Below, one piece after another: positions 51,206-61,558 of a DNA stretch of 64,000 bases. Location of the stretch: NCBI GenBank assembly GCA_040830765.1, contig JBFOMH010000017.1, positions 224,001 through 288,000 of the forward strand. The letters run 5' to 3'. This DNA comes from Puniceicoccaceae bacterium (GTDB lineage: Bacteria; Verrucomicrobiota; Verrucomicrobiia; Opitutales; Oceanipulchritudinaceae). Position numbers and translations under genes: made by a program. How positions within the stretch are numbered: position 1 is the first letter of the stretch; every line of letters begins with the position of its first letter. Below the pieces are notes generated by a model that was given only the letters and a program-made list of their open reading frames with translations, made no database searches and was not told where the DNA came from.

Positions 51206-51919
51206 TCAGCGGCGCTCGTTCCACTCCCTTGAGGCAAAGCGCTCTTGCTCTCTTTGAATGATTTCCCCGGGAAGTGAACCACCGGATTGCACCGGTTCCA
51301 GATCGAGCCACTTGGCGAGGAATCGTTCGAAGTCGGCCATGAAGGATTCAGCGGAAATGGCACCGAGCCTGTCCTTGTCGAGGCTTCCCTGGACCAGGAT
51401 CCCGGATTGGCTGCGTTTCATCGCAGCCCCTGCTATCTTGCTGCCTGTGCCGGCTTGAATCACATCGTAAGGCTCTGCGGAAGGAAAGCAGAAGGAATTG
51501 GCCGATTGGGCCGACTCCTCCCCGCAGGCACGCCCACAGGGGGCCAATTCAGCCGCGATACCCCTGTTTATGAGGATTTCGGCGATGCCCTGATGCAGCT
51601 CCCGGTAAATCTCCAGCGCTTGCTTCCTGTAGAATCCGTGGTCCGGTGGCAGCGTGAGGGCGTAAGTCAGATCATTCCTGTGATCCACAATACCTCCACC
51701 CGTCAAGCGCCTGACGAGGGAACCCTTGAATCCCTGAACCATGGCTTGGACATCACGCCACTTCTGGCTGTAGCCAAAAGTCATGGAATCTTCCTTCCAT
51801 CCATAGAATCGCCACCAGACCTGGTGGTTCTTTCGTCCGAATTCCAGCATGGCAGCATCCATGGCCATGTTGTCCGCTGCAGCCGCTTCAAGATAATCGA
51901 TGTGGCAGATTTGTATCAC
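51206..51919 (-). CDS. Lipoate-protein ligase A family protein
   Basis: NMAMD, RFYGW, VRRLTGGGIVDH and KIAGAA. Confidence 0.85.
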   Translation of the reverse strand: MIQICHIDYLEAAAADNMAMDAAMLEFGRKNHQVWWRFYGWKEDSMTFGYSQKWRDVQAMVQGFKGSLVRRLTGGGIVDHRNDLTYALTLPPDHGFYRKQALEIYRELHQGIAEILINRGIAAELAPCGRACGEESAQSANSFCFPSAEPYDVIQAGTGSKIAGAAMKRSQSGILVQGSLDKDRLGAISAESFMADFERFLAKWLDLEPVQSGGSLPGEIIQREQERFASREWNERR

Positions 51920-51968
51920 CCGGTGTTGATATTCGCTTGGAATTCATTAAACCGACAACCTTTAATTA

Positions 51969-53060
51969 ATGAAGTATTCCGACCTGACGCGTCAGCAGAT
52001 CCTGTCCCTTCCTGTCTATCAACCCGGCAAGCCGATTGAATTGGTGGCCCGGGAAATGGGACTGCCGCTGGACTCCATCATCAAGCTTGCATCCAACGAA
52101 AACCCACTTGGCTCGCCGGCTTGTGCGGTCGAGGCGGTTCGCACTGCTGCGGAAAACATGGCCCTGTACCCGGATAACTCTGGGTATGCCCTGGTCGATG
52201 CCCTTGCGGATAAACACGGGTTTTCTCCCGGGCAGATAACGCTCGGGGCTGGATCCAATGAGATTTTTTATCTCCTCTGTGATGTCTTTGCAGGACCGGG
52301 CACAGAGGTGCTTGTTGGTGAGTACGCGTTCATTTCCTATCGCATTTCCGCATTACTGACCGGAGCCAAGGTCGTTGCTGCCCCCATGCCGGGGCTTTGT
52401 CATGACCTGGACGCCATGCGGGACGCCGTCACGGACAAAACACGGTTGGTCTTTCTGCCCAATCCCAACAATCCCACTGGAACCGGGTTGCCGGTCAAGG
52501 AGGTGGAGGCGTTTGCCCGGTCCCTGCCGGAGTGGGTCATTTTTTGCTATGATGAAGCCTATGCCGAATACGAAGATGAGCGCCTCGATGTGCAGGGCCT
52601 AATCGACGACGGGATCAAGGTTATCGGAACCCGCACTTTCTCCAAGATTTACGGCCTGGCCGGTCTCCGGATCGGGTATGGATTTTCCCATCCGGACCTT
52701 GCCGAACTCTTGAACCGCGTGCGGCCACCGTTCAATACAGGCACGCTTTCGCAAGTTGCGGCGGTCGCCGCACTCGGAGACGACGCATGGGTCGAGAGAA
52801 GTCGCGCCTCTAATGAACAAGGTCGCACGCAGCTGACAGAAGGACTCCGGGATTTGGGAGTGGAAACTGCTGGCGACCGGGGCAATTTTATCCTCTTTGC
52901 GTTGGAGAACGCCGGGGCGGCTACCCACAAATTCCAGGAATTGGGCGTTATCGTCCGGCCCCTTGCCGGTTACGGCTTGCCGCGGCATCTGCGGGTGACC
53001 ATCGGCACAGAGGAGGAGAATCAACAATTCCTGGAGGCATTACAGAAAGTGGTTTCCTGA
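51969..53060 (+). CDS. hisC: Histidinol-phosphate aminotransferase
   Basis: YQPGKP, KLASNENP, NPNNPTG, DEAY and RTFSKIYGLAGLRIGY. Confidence 0.95.
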   Translation: MKYSDLTRQQILSLPVYQPGKPIELVAREMGLPLDSIIKLASNENPLGSPACAVEAVRTAAENMALYPDNSGYALVDALADKHGFSPGQITLGAGSNEIFYLLCDVFAGPGTEVLVGEYAFISYRISALLTGAKVVAAPMPGLCHDLDAMRDAVTDKTRLVFLPNPNNPTGTGLPVKEVEAFARSLPEWVIFCYDEAYAEYEDERLDVQGLIDDGIKVIGTRTFSKIYGLAGLRIGYGFSHPDLAELLNRVRPPFNTGTLSQVAAVAALGDDAWVERSRASNEQGRTQLTEGLRDLGVETAGDRGNFILFALENAGAATHKFQELGVIVRPLAGYGLPRHLRVTIGTEEENQQFLEALQKVVS

Positions 53061-53090
53061 ACCGGAAACGAGTGTCATATTGATTAAGCG

Positions 53091-54419
53091 GTGAGCAATT
53101 TACTTTCACAATTTCCCTATCACTTTATTGGCATTGGCCTGACCCTGCTCTGCAACGCCCTGCTTGTTGCCTGCGAATTCAGCCTGATCAAGATCCGGTT
53201 CAGCCACTTCAACACGGAGTTGCGGGAACGTGTCGACCGCCACAAGCGATTGGCCCGCCTCATTGCATCCGGAGATCGGACGATTCGTGTCATCCGGCTT
53301 GGGCTGACCGCCTGCCTGCTCCTTTACGCCTTGTTAGTGTTTCCTTTCCTGATGGCCCTCTTTGGGCTCCTTGAATGGAACTTGTATGGTTTCGGGACAC
53401 CTCTGGCTGCGGCATTGGCCTTTGTCGTCGCCCTTACCCTGCACCATGCCGTTGGGGAGTTGCTTCCCAGGGCTATCGGGCTGGCCTATCCCTTCCAAAG
53501 TCTCCGCTACGGTGCGTTCCTGATTATTCCTCTTGGATGGCTGACCCGTCCCATCCGCATTGTCGTGTTGGGCTTTACCCGGTCGATTTGGCGCATTTGG
53601 CGCAAGGAAGACATGCCGGATCTAAACTCTCTCGATCTGGAGACCCAAATCGAGTTGCTGCGCAAGGAGTCTCCGGAGATGTCCATGGTCGCCCAGTTAA
53701 TCCTCAAGAACACCCTGCTGATGCGGGAGCTTGAAGTTTCGGATGTCCTCCTGCCGCGGAACCAGGTAAAGTTTTTCGATCTCAACCTGCCCCTGGAAGA
53801 GAACCTTGCCATGGCCAAGGAGTCCGGCCACACCCGGTTTCCCCTCTGTTACGGCGATTTGGACCGCTGCCTGGGCCTGGTTCATATCAAGGACCTCTTT
53901 CGTCAGGCGGGCAGCCTTGACGGTCTCGATCTCCGCCGAATCAAGCGCAATATGATTCGGATTGATATCGACGAACCCCTCGAATCTGCCTTGACGAAGC
54001 TATTGGCCCACAGGATGCACATGGCGCTCGTCATTGACGAGTTCCGGGGCACTGAAGGCGTATTGACCCTGGAGAGGATCCTGGAACAAATTGTCGGCGA
54101 AATCCGGGACGAATTTGATGCTGACGAGGAAGTGCTGATCCGGGCAGATGAGAAAACCGATGAGGCGGTCGTTTCCGGCCTGACGCCAATCCATGAGATT
54201 GAGGCCAACTTCGGGGTGGAAATTGAGACCGAGGAAGTATCCACGATCGGGGGCCTCATTACCAGTGAGCTGGGCCGGATCCCGGAAACTGGGGAAAAGG
54301 TCACCGTGGAGGGCCTGCAATTGGAAATCACTGACAGTGATGATACCCGGGTTGTTGAGGTCCGTGTGCGCCAGACCGAAGATTCACCGGACGAAGCAGC
54401 GCCGGATCCTGGGAAGTAG
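53091..54419 (+). CDS. CNNM/HlyC-CorC family membrane protein (DUF21-CBS-CorC)
   Basis: ACEFSL, GELLPR, GHTRFP, VIDEF.G..G.LTLE.ILEQIVGEIRDEFD and TIGG. Confidence 0.92.
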   Translation: MSNLLSQFPYHFIGIGLTLLCNALLVACEFSLIKIRFSHFNTELRERVDRHKRLARLIASGDRTIRVIRLGLTACLLLYALLVFPFLMALFGLLEWNLYGFGTPLAAALAFVVALTLHHAVGELLPRAIGLAYPFQSLRYGAFLIIPLGWLTRPIRIVVLGFTRSIWRIWRKEDMPDLNSLDLETQIELLRKESPEMSMVAQLILKNTLLMRELEVSDVLLPRNQVKFFDLNLPLEENLAMAKESGHTRFPLCYGDLDRCLGLVHIKDLFRQAGSLDGLDLRRIKRNMIRIDIDEPLESALTKLLAHRMHMALVIDEFRGTEGVLTLERILEQIVGEIRDEFDADEEVLIRADEKTDEAVVSGLTPIHEIEANFGVEIETEEVSTIGGLITSELGRIPETGEKVTVEGLQLEITDSDDTRVVEVRVRQTEDSPDEAAPDPGK

Positions 54420-54445
54420 GGGGCTTCCTTATTCGTCAACCGGTC

Positions 54446-56128
54446 CTATCCGGCCGTTCGGCGTTTCCAGATATCCCAGTCCATCTCGGGCTTTTCGGAG
54501 ACAATTGCTTCAAGGCTTTCAAGCAGACCGGTCCGGTTTTCGGTGTACAGGAAGCGGTCACTCTGCAAGCGGCTTTGGATGCTCTCGATGAGAGCGTAAT
54601 CCGGGCGCCTGAGCTCGAAAAGCGCATTCAGGTGTTCCGTGAGGGAGAAAAACACGCCCAGATCCATCTCCAGATCAATCAGAGTGGCCAGGATCTGTTC
54701 ATTCTTGGGATCCCTCAGATAAGCCTCCTGCAGGATCATCCGGGCCTGTTCTGTTAAACCGTTTTCCCGAAACCGACGGGCTGCCGAGAAAAGTTGGGTC
54801 GGATTGGCTCGTTTGGAGTCGATGAAATTGCGCAGGTAAAGATTTCCCAGTTCTTCGTCCCCATAGCCGTAGTAGGCCAGCGACCGGATAGCATTGAAGG
54901 TGCTCTCCGAGTTCAGCATCCAGGTCGGATCTTCACGAATCAGCTCATTGCACAGGTCGATGGCCTCCTCATATTCGCCATTCTGAATCTGTGCCTCGGC
55001 CAGGGTAAGGCTGAACAACCCGAGGCTGTAGCCATTCTCAAGGGCTATCTCGTACAGCCGGGTCGCTGCTTCGACATTGCCATATTCTGCCGCAAGCCTG
55101 GCCAGGGCTGTCATCGCCTGCTCATCATTCCGGTGTTCCTTGATGAGGGCCGCTATTTCCCGGTCTCTCCGCTCATACATTTCAGAGGCCGACAAGACAT
55201 CAATCAAGGCTACCCGCGGCCGCCATTCAAGCGGCTTCCGGATGACAAGTTCCAGGGCAACCTCACGGGCCTGTTCGTACATCTCCCGCTTCTGGAACAG
55301 GGTCCGCAGCCGGTTGATCAGGGGGTCCGCGTTTTCCCGGGGCATGGAATTTATGGCAGACATCAATACGCTGATGGCCAAGTCGATGCGGTCGGTCCGT
55401 TCATACACTTCCACCCCCAGCATGAGTCCGTCGTATGTGTTCTCCAGGTCTGTCTCCTCGATCACCTCCCGGACGATATCAAATTTGCCGTTCAGCATGG
55501 CCGAGCGGAGCCGGCTGACCGCCAGGATTCGCTCGACATCCTCAGCCGGTTCTTCCGCCATGAGGGTTTCCGTCATTTCAAGAACCTGGTCATCCTGCTT
55601 TTGCGCCAGCAGGAGCCGGAGCATCAGGCTGATGTATCTTGGATCTTCTTTTCCGTACTCGATTCCCTCGACAAGTAGTTCGGAGGCCAGTTCCGGCCGC
55701 CAACCGGCATAAATCTGGGCCAACAACATGCGGCCTTCCAGATTGGCTGATGAGCGCGCAACCCCTTCACGAAGAAGCGCGTATGCCCGGCGGTAATCTT
55801 CCCTTTCCAGGGCCGCCTTGGCTTGCTCGATCTGGTAATCCCCCTGCTGGACCCGTACATTGGTGCGGTTCAGCGGGAACAATACCATGTCAGTGAAGGC
55901 GACATCCTCGAATCCACGGACGTTCTTGAAGAAGATGTAGAGCGCCCATGACTTCGCAAACCAGCCCAACAGGCCCAATACCATCAGAAAAATGGCCACC
56001 CGGCCCCATCTTACACGGATGCGAACCGAGTTGCGCGACGTGATTTCACGGGTGGCAAAGCCGAACCATGTGGAATAGCTGCGTTGGTTTGCGGGCGTCT
56101 TTTCGGGGTTCTGGGGAGTTTCACTCAT
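54446..56128 (-). CDS. Membrane-anchored TPR-like helical repeat protein
   Basis: Single TM near the N-terminus followed by alpha-helical TPR-like repeats. Confidence 0.7.
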   Translation of the reverse strand: MSETPQNPEKTPANQRSYSTWFGFATREITSRNSVRIRVRWGRVAIFLMVLGLLGWFAKSWALYIFFKNVRGFEDVAFTDMVLFPLNRTNVRVQQGDYQIEQAKAALEREDYRRAYALLREGVARSSANLEGRMLLAQIYAGWRPELASELLVEGIEYGKEDPRYISLMLRLLLAQKQDDQVLEMTETLMAEEPAEDVERILAVSRLRSAMLNGKFDIVREVIEETDLENTYDGLMLGVEVYERTDRIDLAISVLMSAINSMPRENADPLINRLRTLFQKREMYEQAREVALELVIRKPLEWRPRVALIDVLSASEMYERRDREIAALIKEHRNDEQAMTALARLAAEYGNVEAATRLYEIALENGYSLGLFSLTLAEAQIQNGEYEEAIDLCNELIREDPTWMLNSESTFNAIRSLAYYGYGDEELGNLYLRNFIDSKRANPTQLFSAARRFRENGLTEQARMILQEAYLRDPKNEQILATLIDLEMDLGVFFSLTEHLNALFELRRPDYALIESIQSRLQSDRFLYTENRTGLLESLEAIVSEKPEMDWDIWKRRTAG

Positions 56129-56290
56129 TTTTGGCCTTTTTTAACGACTTCTATGGGATGGGAAATTCTTGTCTTGTCAATGGTTTCAACCTTCCACAAC
56201 ATGACGACTTGCATTATCAGAATCTATTGCTCATAAAAGTTTCTGTAAATTCTTATCATCACAATATCGTCGCTTGATCAAAATTCACCT

Positions 56291-57430
56291 ATGAAAACTC
56301 AATTAAGACTCCTCTCCCTTGCCGCAATTATTGCCACAGCGGGCGCCACGGCCAGTGCTGCCCCCTTGCATCAGTTTGAGGACGGCTCCATCCATTTTAT
56401 CGGCCAGCTCGGCTTGGTGCATGACGATAACATCCTCCGCACCTCGATTCTTAAGGAGGATGATGTCCGTCTCGAATTTGCGCCCGGCCTGGAATTCAAG
56501 ATTTCTCCGGATGCTGCTGCTTCCACCACTTTTTCCTACCTCTACCGCTGGGTGATTTGGGAGGAGAATGGTCATCTGGATGACGAATTCTCGGAATTTG
56601 ATTTCAAGACTTCCTACGATTCCGGAGTCGTTCTTGCCAATGCCTATGCCTCTTATAAGGAAGGTTACTCAACATCCTACGAGATCGACGACACTTCCGA
56701 CATCTTCGGTGTTCTCGTCCTTCGGGATGTCACCAAATTCGGTGGTAGTGCAAAGAAGGACATTTCCGAACTGTCTGCCATCAAGGTAGGTTTGGATTAC
56801 GCCGACACGGAGTATAAGAATACCAACTTCACCGGTCATACCTCCATGACCGTTCCTGTGACCTATTTCTACAATGTCCGTCCCAATGTTGATATGACCG
56901 CTGGCGTGCGTTATCGCCACACGGATACGGATACAGACGTCGAATATAATGACTGGTATGCCTTTGTTGGTGCCGTAGGCGAGCTCTTCAGCCCGGTCAT
57001 CTACGCCGATGTCAACGTTGGGTATCAGCGCCGCAATGCAAAGAACAGCAATGCTGACGCATCGTCCCCTTCCTACAAGTTGAGCCTCATCTACACCGGC
57101 AATGCCAAGGCCAACTACTACGCCACGATCTCCCGGGATTACCGGACCAGTTCCCAGAGCGCCAGGGCTTATGCCTACACGACCGCTTCGTTGGGAGCCA
57201 ACTACAGCCTCTCCAATTCCTTCGGCCTGAATGCTGCGGTACTCCTCGGGGAGAGCGAGTATGAGGAAAGCATCCGTCAGGAAGACATTCTCATGTTCCG
57301 TTTGGGCGCATCCTACAATCCGAATGATTTTGTATCCTTCAGGGCTTCCTATTCCTACCGGGATGTGGATGGAAATGTAGCCAACTACAAGTCCAACGAG
57401 CTTCGTGTATTTGCCTCCCTGAGGTACTGA
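56291..57430 (+). CDS. Outer-membrane beta-barrel associated with polysaccharide export
   Basis: Signal peptide, HDDNI motif, Tyr-rich amphipathic strands and terminal ASLRY. Directly upstream of OPX/Wzc genes. Confidence 0.8.
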   Translation: MKTQLRLLSLAAIIATAGATASAAPLHQFEDGSIHFIGQLGLVHDDNILRTSILKEDDVRLEFAPGLEFKISPDAAASTTFSYLYRWVIWEENGHLDDEFSEFDFKTSYDSGVVLANAYASYKEGYSTSYEIDDTSDIFGVLVLRDVTKFGGSAKKDISELSAIKVGLDYADTEYKNTNFTGHTSMTVPVTYFYNVRPNVDMTAGVRYRHTDTDTDVEYNDWYAFVGAVGELFSPVIYADVNVGYQRRNAKNSNADASSPSYKLSLIYTGNAKANYYATISRDYRTSSQSARAYAYTTASLGANYSLSNSFGLNAAVLLGESEYEESIRQEDILMFRLGASYNPNDFVSFRASYSYRDVDGNVANYKSNELRVFASLRY

Positions 57431-57459
57431 TTACAGGAAATACTTGAACGCCGTCTTTT

Positions 57460-57494
57460 GGAAGAGGTCAATTTATGTTGACCTCTTCCTTTTT
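57460..57494 (+). terminator. Intrinsic terminator between the barrel gene and the OPX gene
   Basis: GGAAGAGGTCAA-tttatg-TTGACCTCTTCC 12-bp stem followed by TTTTT. Confidence 0.8.
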
Positions 57495-57521
57495 GCAGGA
57501 TTCGCCTTTTCTTCCCAATTC

Positions 57522-58139
57522 ATGAAGATTTCACGCTTTTTCCGATATTTTCGCCTGTGTGCCTTGTGCACTTTCGCCCTGTTTGTGCATGCTGGAGAAG
57601 CTCAGGAAGGTTCCGCTGTTGGCAGTGGCGCTTCCAGTTCCTATGTCATCTCCCCCCTGGACTACCTGAGAGTGTCCCTCTTTGTGGCGGATGAGCTACA
57701 GTTCACGACTGAGCTGCGGGTTTCGCAGGATGGAACAATAACCCTTCCGCACCTTGGAACCCTCTTGATTGGCGGGAAAGCAATCGATGATGCCCGCGAG
57801 TTTCTCTACGAACCCTACAACCGGGACTATTACGTTAATCCGCATATTGATATTGTCGTTCTGGAGTACGCCATGCGGAGCGTGACGGTCATCGGGAAGG
57901 TCAATCGCCAAGGCTTGATTCCATTCCCCAGTGAAGAGGGTTTGTCGCTGCTGGAGGCCATTGCTGCTGCCGGCGGCTGGAGTAATGACCGACTGGCTGA
58001 TAAAAGCAGCGTCACCATAACACGCTCGGACGAGAATGGGGAAAAGTTTGTCATCGAGGTTGATGCCCGGAAGTTGACAACCAAGGATTATCCTCTTCAG
58101 GAGGGCGATTTAATCAATGTACCAGAGCGTCTCTGGTAA
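57522..58139 (+). CDS. Short polysaccharide export protein (OPX/Wza family; PES + one SLBB domain)
   Basis: ATG 57522. YVISPLD, VSQDGTITLPHLG, VIGKVNRQG, LLEAIAAAGG and LQEGDLINVPER. Confidence 0.88.
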   Translation: MKISRFFRYFRLCALCTFALFVHAGEAQEGSAVGSGASSSYVISPLDYLRVSLFVADELQFTTELRVSQDGTITLPHLGTLLIGGKAIDDAREFLYEPYNRDYYVNPHIDIVVLEYAMRSVTVIGKVNRQGLIPFPSEEGLSLLEAIAAAGGWSNDRLADKSSVTITRSDENGEKFVIEVDARKLTTKDYPLQEGDLINVPERLW

Positions 58140-58170
58140 GGAAATTCGCTGCTTAAACTGTTTTTGATCA

Positions 58171-60435
58171 ATGAGTAACAATTATTACACAGGTGGAGGC
58201 GGAGGCTATTCCGGCGGATATTACTACGGTGATGGCTACGCTGGTTATGCTGAAGGTGGTAGTGCTCCCTCACGAACCATAGCCGATTACCTTCTTATCC
58301 TTCGGGAGCGTATCTGGTGGCTCATCGTCTCCGTGTTTGTTGTCTTTCTTGGCTTTGCTCTCTACACTTTCAACGCCCCCAAGCTATACCGTTCGGTTTC
58401 CTCGGTGGAAATTCTCCGGGAAAAGGACCAAGTCTTCCAAATCGAGGACATTGTCCGCCAGGAGGTGGTGAATGCTGAAGACTTCAACACCCAGATAAAG
58501 ATCCTGGAGAGCTTGAATATCATTCAGGCTGTTGATGACCGGATTAAGGGAAATCTTCGCACCCGTTTCATGGCCCCTTACGAGAAGGGCCTGGATGTCA
58601 CGCTACGGGGTGTCCGCTCAGTCCCTGAGATATTAATGGCCAATCGGGCCATCTCCCCTGTGCGGCTTTCGTTGGTGGTCAATATCCTCTATTCTCATCC
58701 GGATCCCGAGATTTCTGCAATCGTGGCCAATTACTTTGCCGAGGAGTTCATCGACTTTAACCGGAACAAGCAGATTGAGGGCTCCCTGCGGGCAGTGGAT
58801 GATCTGAGAAGTCAGGCGGACCAGCAGTTAGCCAAGATTAAAGAGATGGAGATTCGGTTGGCCGACTTTAAGGAGAAATATGACACCCTTTCGGTAGAGC
58901 GATCTCAAGATATTGATATTCAGCAGCTTATAACGATTAATGCCCGTCTTGAGGAGGACAAGCGCCTGCTCGATGATGCCACGGTGCTGGTAAGTCAGAT
59001 TGACCAGGCACGGGAAGTTGGAAAGCCACTTTGGGAGCTGAGTTTCATCGCATCCTATGCCCAGGTTCCGGATCTTCTGAGCCGCCTGACCCAAAACAAA
59101 ATTGAGATCGCTATCCTTGCCAAGAAGTACCGCTCGCTGCACCCAATCATGATTGCTGCCGAGGAGCAGCTCAAGGAGACCCAGAGTGAGTTGGAAGTCG
59201 CCGTCAATGCAGCGGCGGCAACATTCCGCAATGAGTTTGCGCGCTACAAGGCAAATCACGAGAATTCCAAACTGCGGCTCGCCCAAAAGCAGAAGGATAT
59301 GATCGAAATCGACCGTATCCGGCCGGAATATGATGCCCTGCTGCGTGACCTGGAGGTCAATCGGGAACTCTACAATCACTATTACAGCCGATTACAGCAG
59401 GCGGCAGTTAAGGTTACGACCGAAGGCCAGACAGCACGGATCATCGACCGGGCCATTGAACCGCTTCGACCGTACAAGCCGAATATTGCCCTCAATCTTG
59501 TCATTGGTCTCGTTCTCGGTCTTGGCGTCGGCCTGGGACTCGTTTTCCTGCTTGCTTTCCTCGATGACAAGGTGAAATCAGCCTATGACATCGAATCGAC
59601 GCTTGGAATCCCCTTGATCGGGATTGTGCCGCATATCTTTAGTATTGATGCTCAGGAAAAGGCCAGAATCACGGCCGACGAGCATGACCGGCATGCAGTT
59701 GAGGCCTTCAGGTCCATCCACTCCACGCTCAAGCTCAGTGAGGAAAGCCGCAATGCCAAGGTTATACTTTCAACGAGTACGATTCCCAGTGAGGGGAAGA
59801 CCTTCGTCAGCACCAATTGCGCCATTACCTTTGCCAACCACGGCGAACGGACCATCGTCGTCGACGCTGATTTGCGCATGCCGAATGTCGCCAAGGGGCT
59901 CGATATCGCCGACAGACGAGGCGTTATCCAATACCTCAACGACTCAAATGTCGATTTGGATGAGGTTATCCAGAAGGATTACCTGCCGAACCTCGATGTT
60001 CTCCCAGCCGGGGGAAACACCAAGAGCCCGACCCAACTCCTCAGCAGCGACAGGTTCACGAATCTTGTCCACGAGTTGAGGTTGCGTTACGACCGGGTGA
60101 TTATTGACACACCTCCCGTTGCCACCGTGAGTGACGCCTTGAACATTCTCCCACTGGTGGACGGAGTTCTGTTGGTTATCCGCTTCAATATGGTCAAACG
60201 CAAGACGGCGGCCGTGAACCTCAAGCGGCTGCGTGATTCGAATGTTCCGGTTTTCGGGGCCATTCTCAATAATCTGAACACCCACGTGGCTGGCTATTAC
60301 TATTCCCACTACTACGACAAGTCGTACAAGTCCTATAAGCATTACTATTCGGGCCAAAAGGGGATTCCACCCGCAGAGGAGGGTGAGCTGGTGGAAGCCG
60401 GACAGCCTCCTTCCAAGGAAAATTTGCACTCCTGA
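58171..60435 (+). CDS. wzc: Polysaccharide co-polymerase / BY-kinase (Wzc family)
   Basis: Two TMs and a coiled coil. EAFR, PSEGKT, VDADLRMP, IIDTPP and a C-terminal Tyr cluster. Confidence 0.92.
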   Translation: MSNNYYTGGGGGYSGGYYYGDGYAGYAEGGSAPSRTIADYLLILRERIWWLIVSVFVVFLGFALYTFNAPKLYRSVSSVEILREKDQVFQIEDIVRQEVVNAEDFNTQIKILESLNIIQAVDDRIKGNLRTRFMAPYEKGLDVTLRGVRSVPEILMANRAISPVRLSLVVNILYSHPDPEISAIVANYFAEEFIDFNRNKQIEGSLRAVDDLRSQADQQLAKIKEMEIRLADFKEKYDTLSVERSQDIDIQQLITINARLEEDKRLLDDATVLVSQIDQAREVGKPLWELSFIASYAQVPDLLSRLTQNKIEIAILAKKYRSLHPIMIAAEEQLKETQSELEVAVNAAAATFRNEFARYKANHENSKLRLAQKQKDMIEIDRIRPEYDALLRDLEVNRELYNHYYSRLQQAAVKVTTEGQTARIIDRAIEPLRPYKPNIALNLVIGLVLGLGVGLGLVFLLAFLDDKVKSAYDIESTLGIPLIGIVPHIFSIDAQEKARITADEHDRHAVEAFRSIHSTLKLSEESRNAKVILSTSTIPSEGKTFVSTNCAITFANHGERTIVVDADLRMPNVAKGLDIADRRGVIQYLNDSNVDLDEVIQKDYLPNLDVLPAGGNTKSPTQLLSSDRFTNLVHELRLRYDRVIIDTPPVATVSDALNILPLVDGVLLVIRFNMVKRKTAAVNLKRLRDSNVPVFGAILNNLNTHVAGYYYSHYYDKSYKSYKHYYSGQKGIPPAEEGELVEAGQPPSKENLHS

Positions 60436-60437
60436 TG

Positions 60438-60465
60438 AAAAAGCCGGTTGCTGACCGGCTTTTTT
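60438..60465. terminator. Intrinsic (potentially bidirectional) terminator
   Basis: AAAAAGCCGGT-tgctg-ACCGGCTTTTTT. Confidence 0.88.
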
Positions 60466-60518
60466 ATTTTATTTAGACAAAAAGCTGACTTGGTGACGCT
60501 AAAGGAGTGAACAATTGC

Positions 60519-61016
60519 ATGGAAAAGAATCTGAATGGGGAAAACTGGCGTGAATGGTTTAATGAATGGGGTGACCGCTTTCTCCTTTTTGCCAGGCAAC
60601 AATCGGGTTCCTACCAGGAGGCCGAGGATATCCTGCAGGAGGTCTTCGTCCACATCTGGACGCGCCGGGAGGCTTTCCCACGGATCGAGCCGGGCTTGGT
60701 TTTCACCCATATCCGGCGCAAGGCGATTGACTCTGCCAGGAGCCGCAAACGCCGGCAATTGCGGGAACAGGCATTTGCCGAGGAAACCGAACCCCCCCTT
60801 TTTACCGATACAGCCGGGATGGATGGCAATGTCATGCAGGAGGCCCTGCAGCAACTTCCCCGGGAGCAAAGGGAAGTGTTGGTCCTCAAGGTCTGGGGGG
60901 ACCAGACCTTCGAATCCATCGGAACAACTTTGGACATATCCCCGAACACGGCGGCATCCCGATACCGCTATGGTCTTGAACAAATGCGCCGCTTGATGAA
61001 AGGAGGGACGGCATGA
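60519..61016 (+). CDS. ECF sigma-70 factor
   Basis: AEDILQEVF..W, RRKAID..R, LQQLPREQREVLVLK...TFESI and TAASRYRYG. AAGGAG RBS. Confidence 0.92.
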   Translation: MEKNLNGENWREWFNEWGDRFLLFARQQSGSYQEAEDILQEVFVHIWTRREAFPRIEPGLVFTHIRRKAIDSARSRKRRQLREQAFAEETEPPLFTDTAGMDGNVMQEALQQLPREQREVLVLKVWGDQTFESIGTTLDISPNTAASRYRYGLEQMRRLMKGGTA

Positions 61017-61519
61017 GCCTGGAAAAGGATAAGCAGTTCGAGAAGCAACTACGGGAGTCCCGGCCAATGGCCGCGTCCGCCGAGCTCCGTGACCGTATTG
61101 GCCAGGCAATCGCCGCCAGGGAGCGGAAGCAGAATCTGGCCCGATGGAGGGTTATTAGCGGGTGGGGAGGTCTCGCCGTTGCGGCAGCCGCCCTCATCAC
61201 TTTCGGGATACTGCTCTTCAACGGGAGACTTGAAGTTGCCACGCAATCGCAACCGGAAGCGGAGGATGCATCGCCGCCCCTGACCGTCAGCAATACGCCT
61301 TCAGCCGATCCGGATGCCTTTGAGCCCGTCCTGGCCGAAAACAATCTCAAGGGACGCATCGATGAAGGCATCGTCTTTCTGGACAATGGACTGACTGCCC
61401 GCAGGTATCGCTATGAATTTGTCGACCGGGTTGTCTGGCGCAATCCCGCTGACGGGGCCGTCGTTGAAATGGAAATTCCGCGGGACGAAGTCGTCCTCAT
61501 CCCGGTCCAGACTTTTTGA
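61013..61519 (+). CDS. Putative single-TM anti-sigma factor
   Basis: ATGA overlap with the sigma gene. Short cytoplasmic N-domain, one TM and a periplasmic tail. Confidence 0.7.
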   Translation: MSLEKDKQFEKQLRESRPMAASAELRDRIGQAIAARERKQNLARWRVISGWGGLAVAAAALITFGILLFNGRLEVATQSQPEAEDASPPLTVSNTPSADPDAFEPVLAENNLKGRIDEGIVFLDNGLTARRYRYEFVDRVVWRNPADGAVVEMEIPRDEVVLIPVQTF

Positions 61520-61558
61520 ATTTGTCGCTGTAAAAACCACCAAAACGAGGAAAAACGA

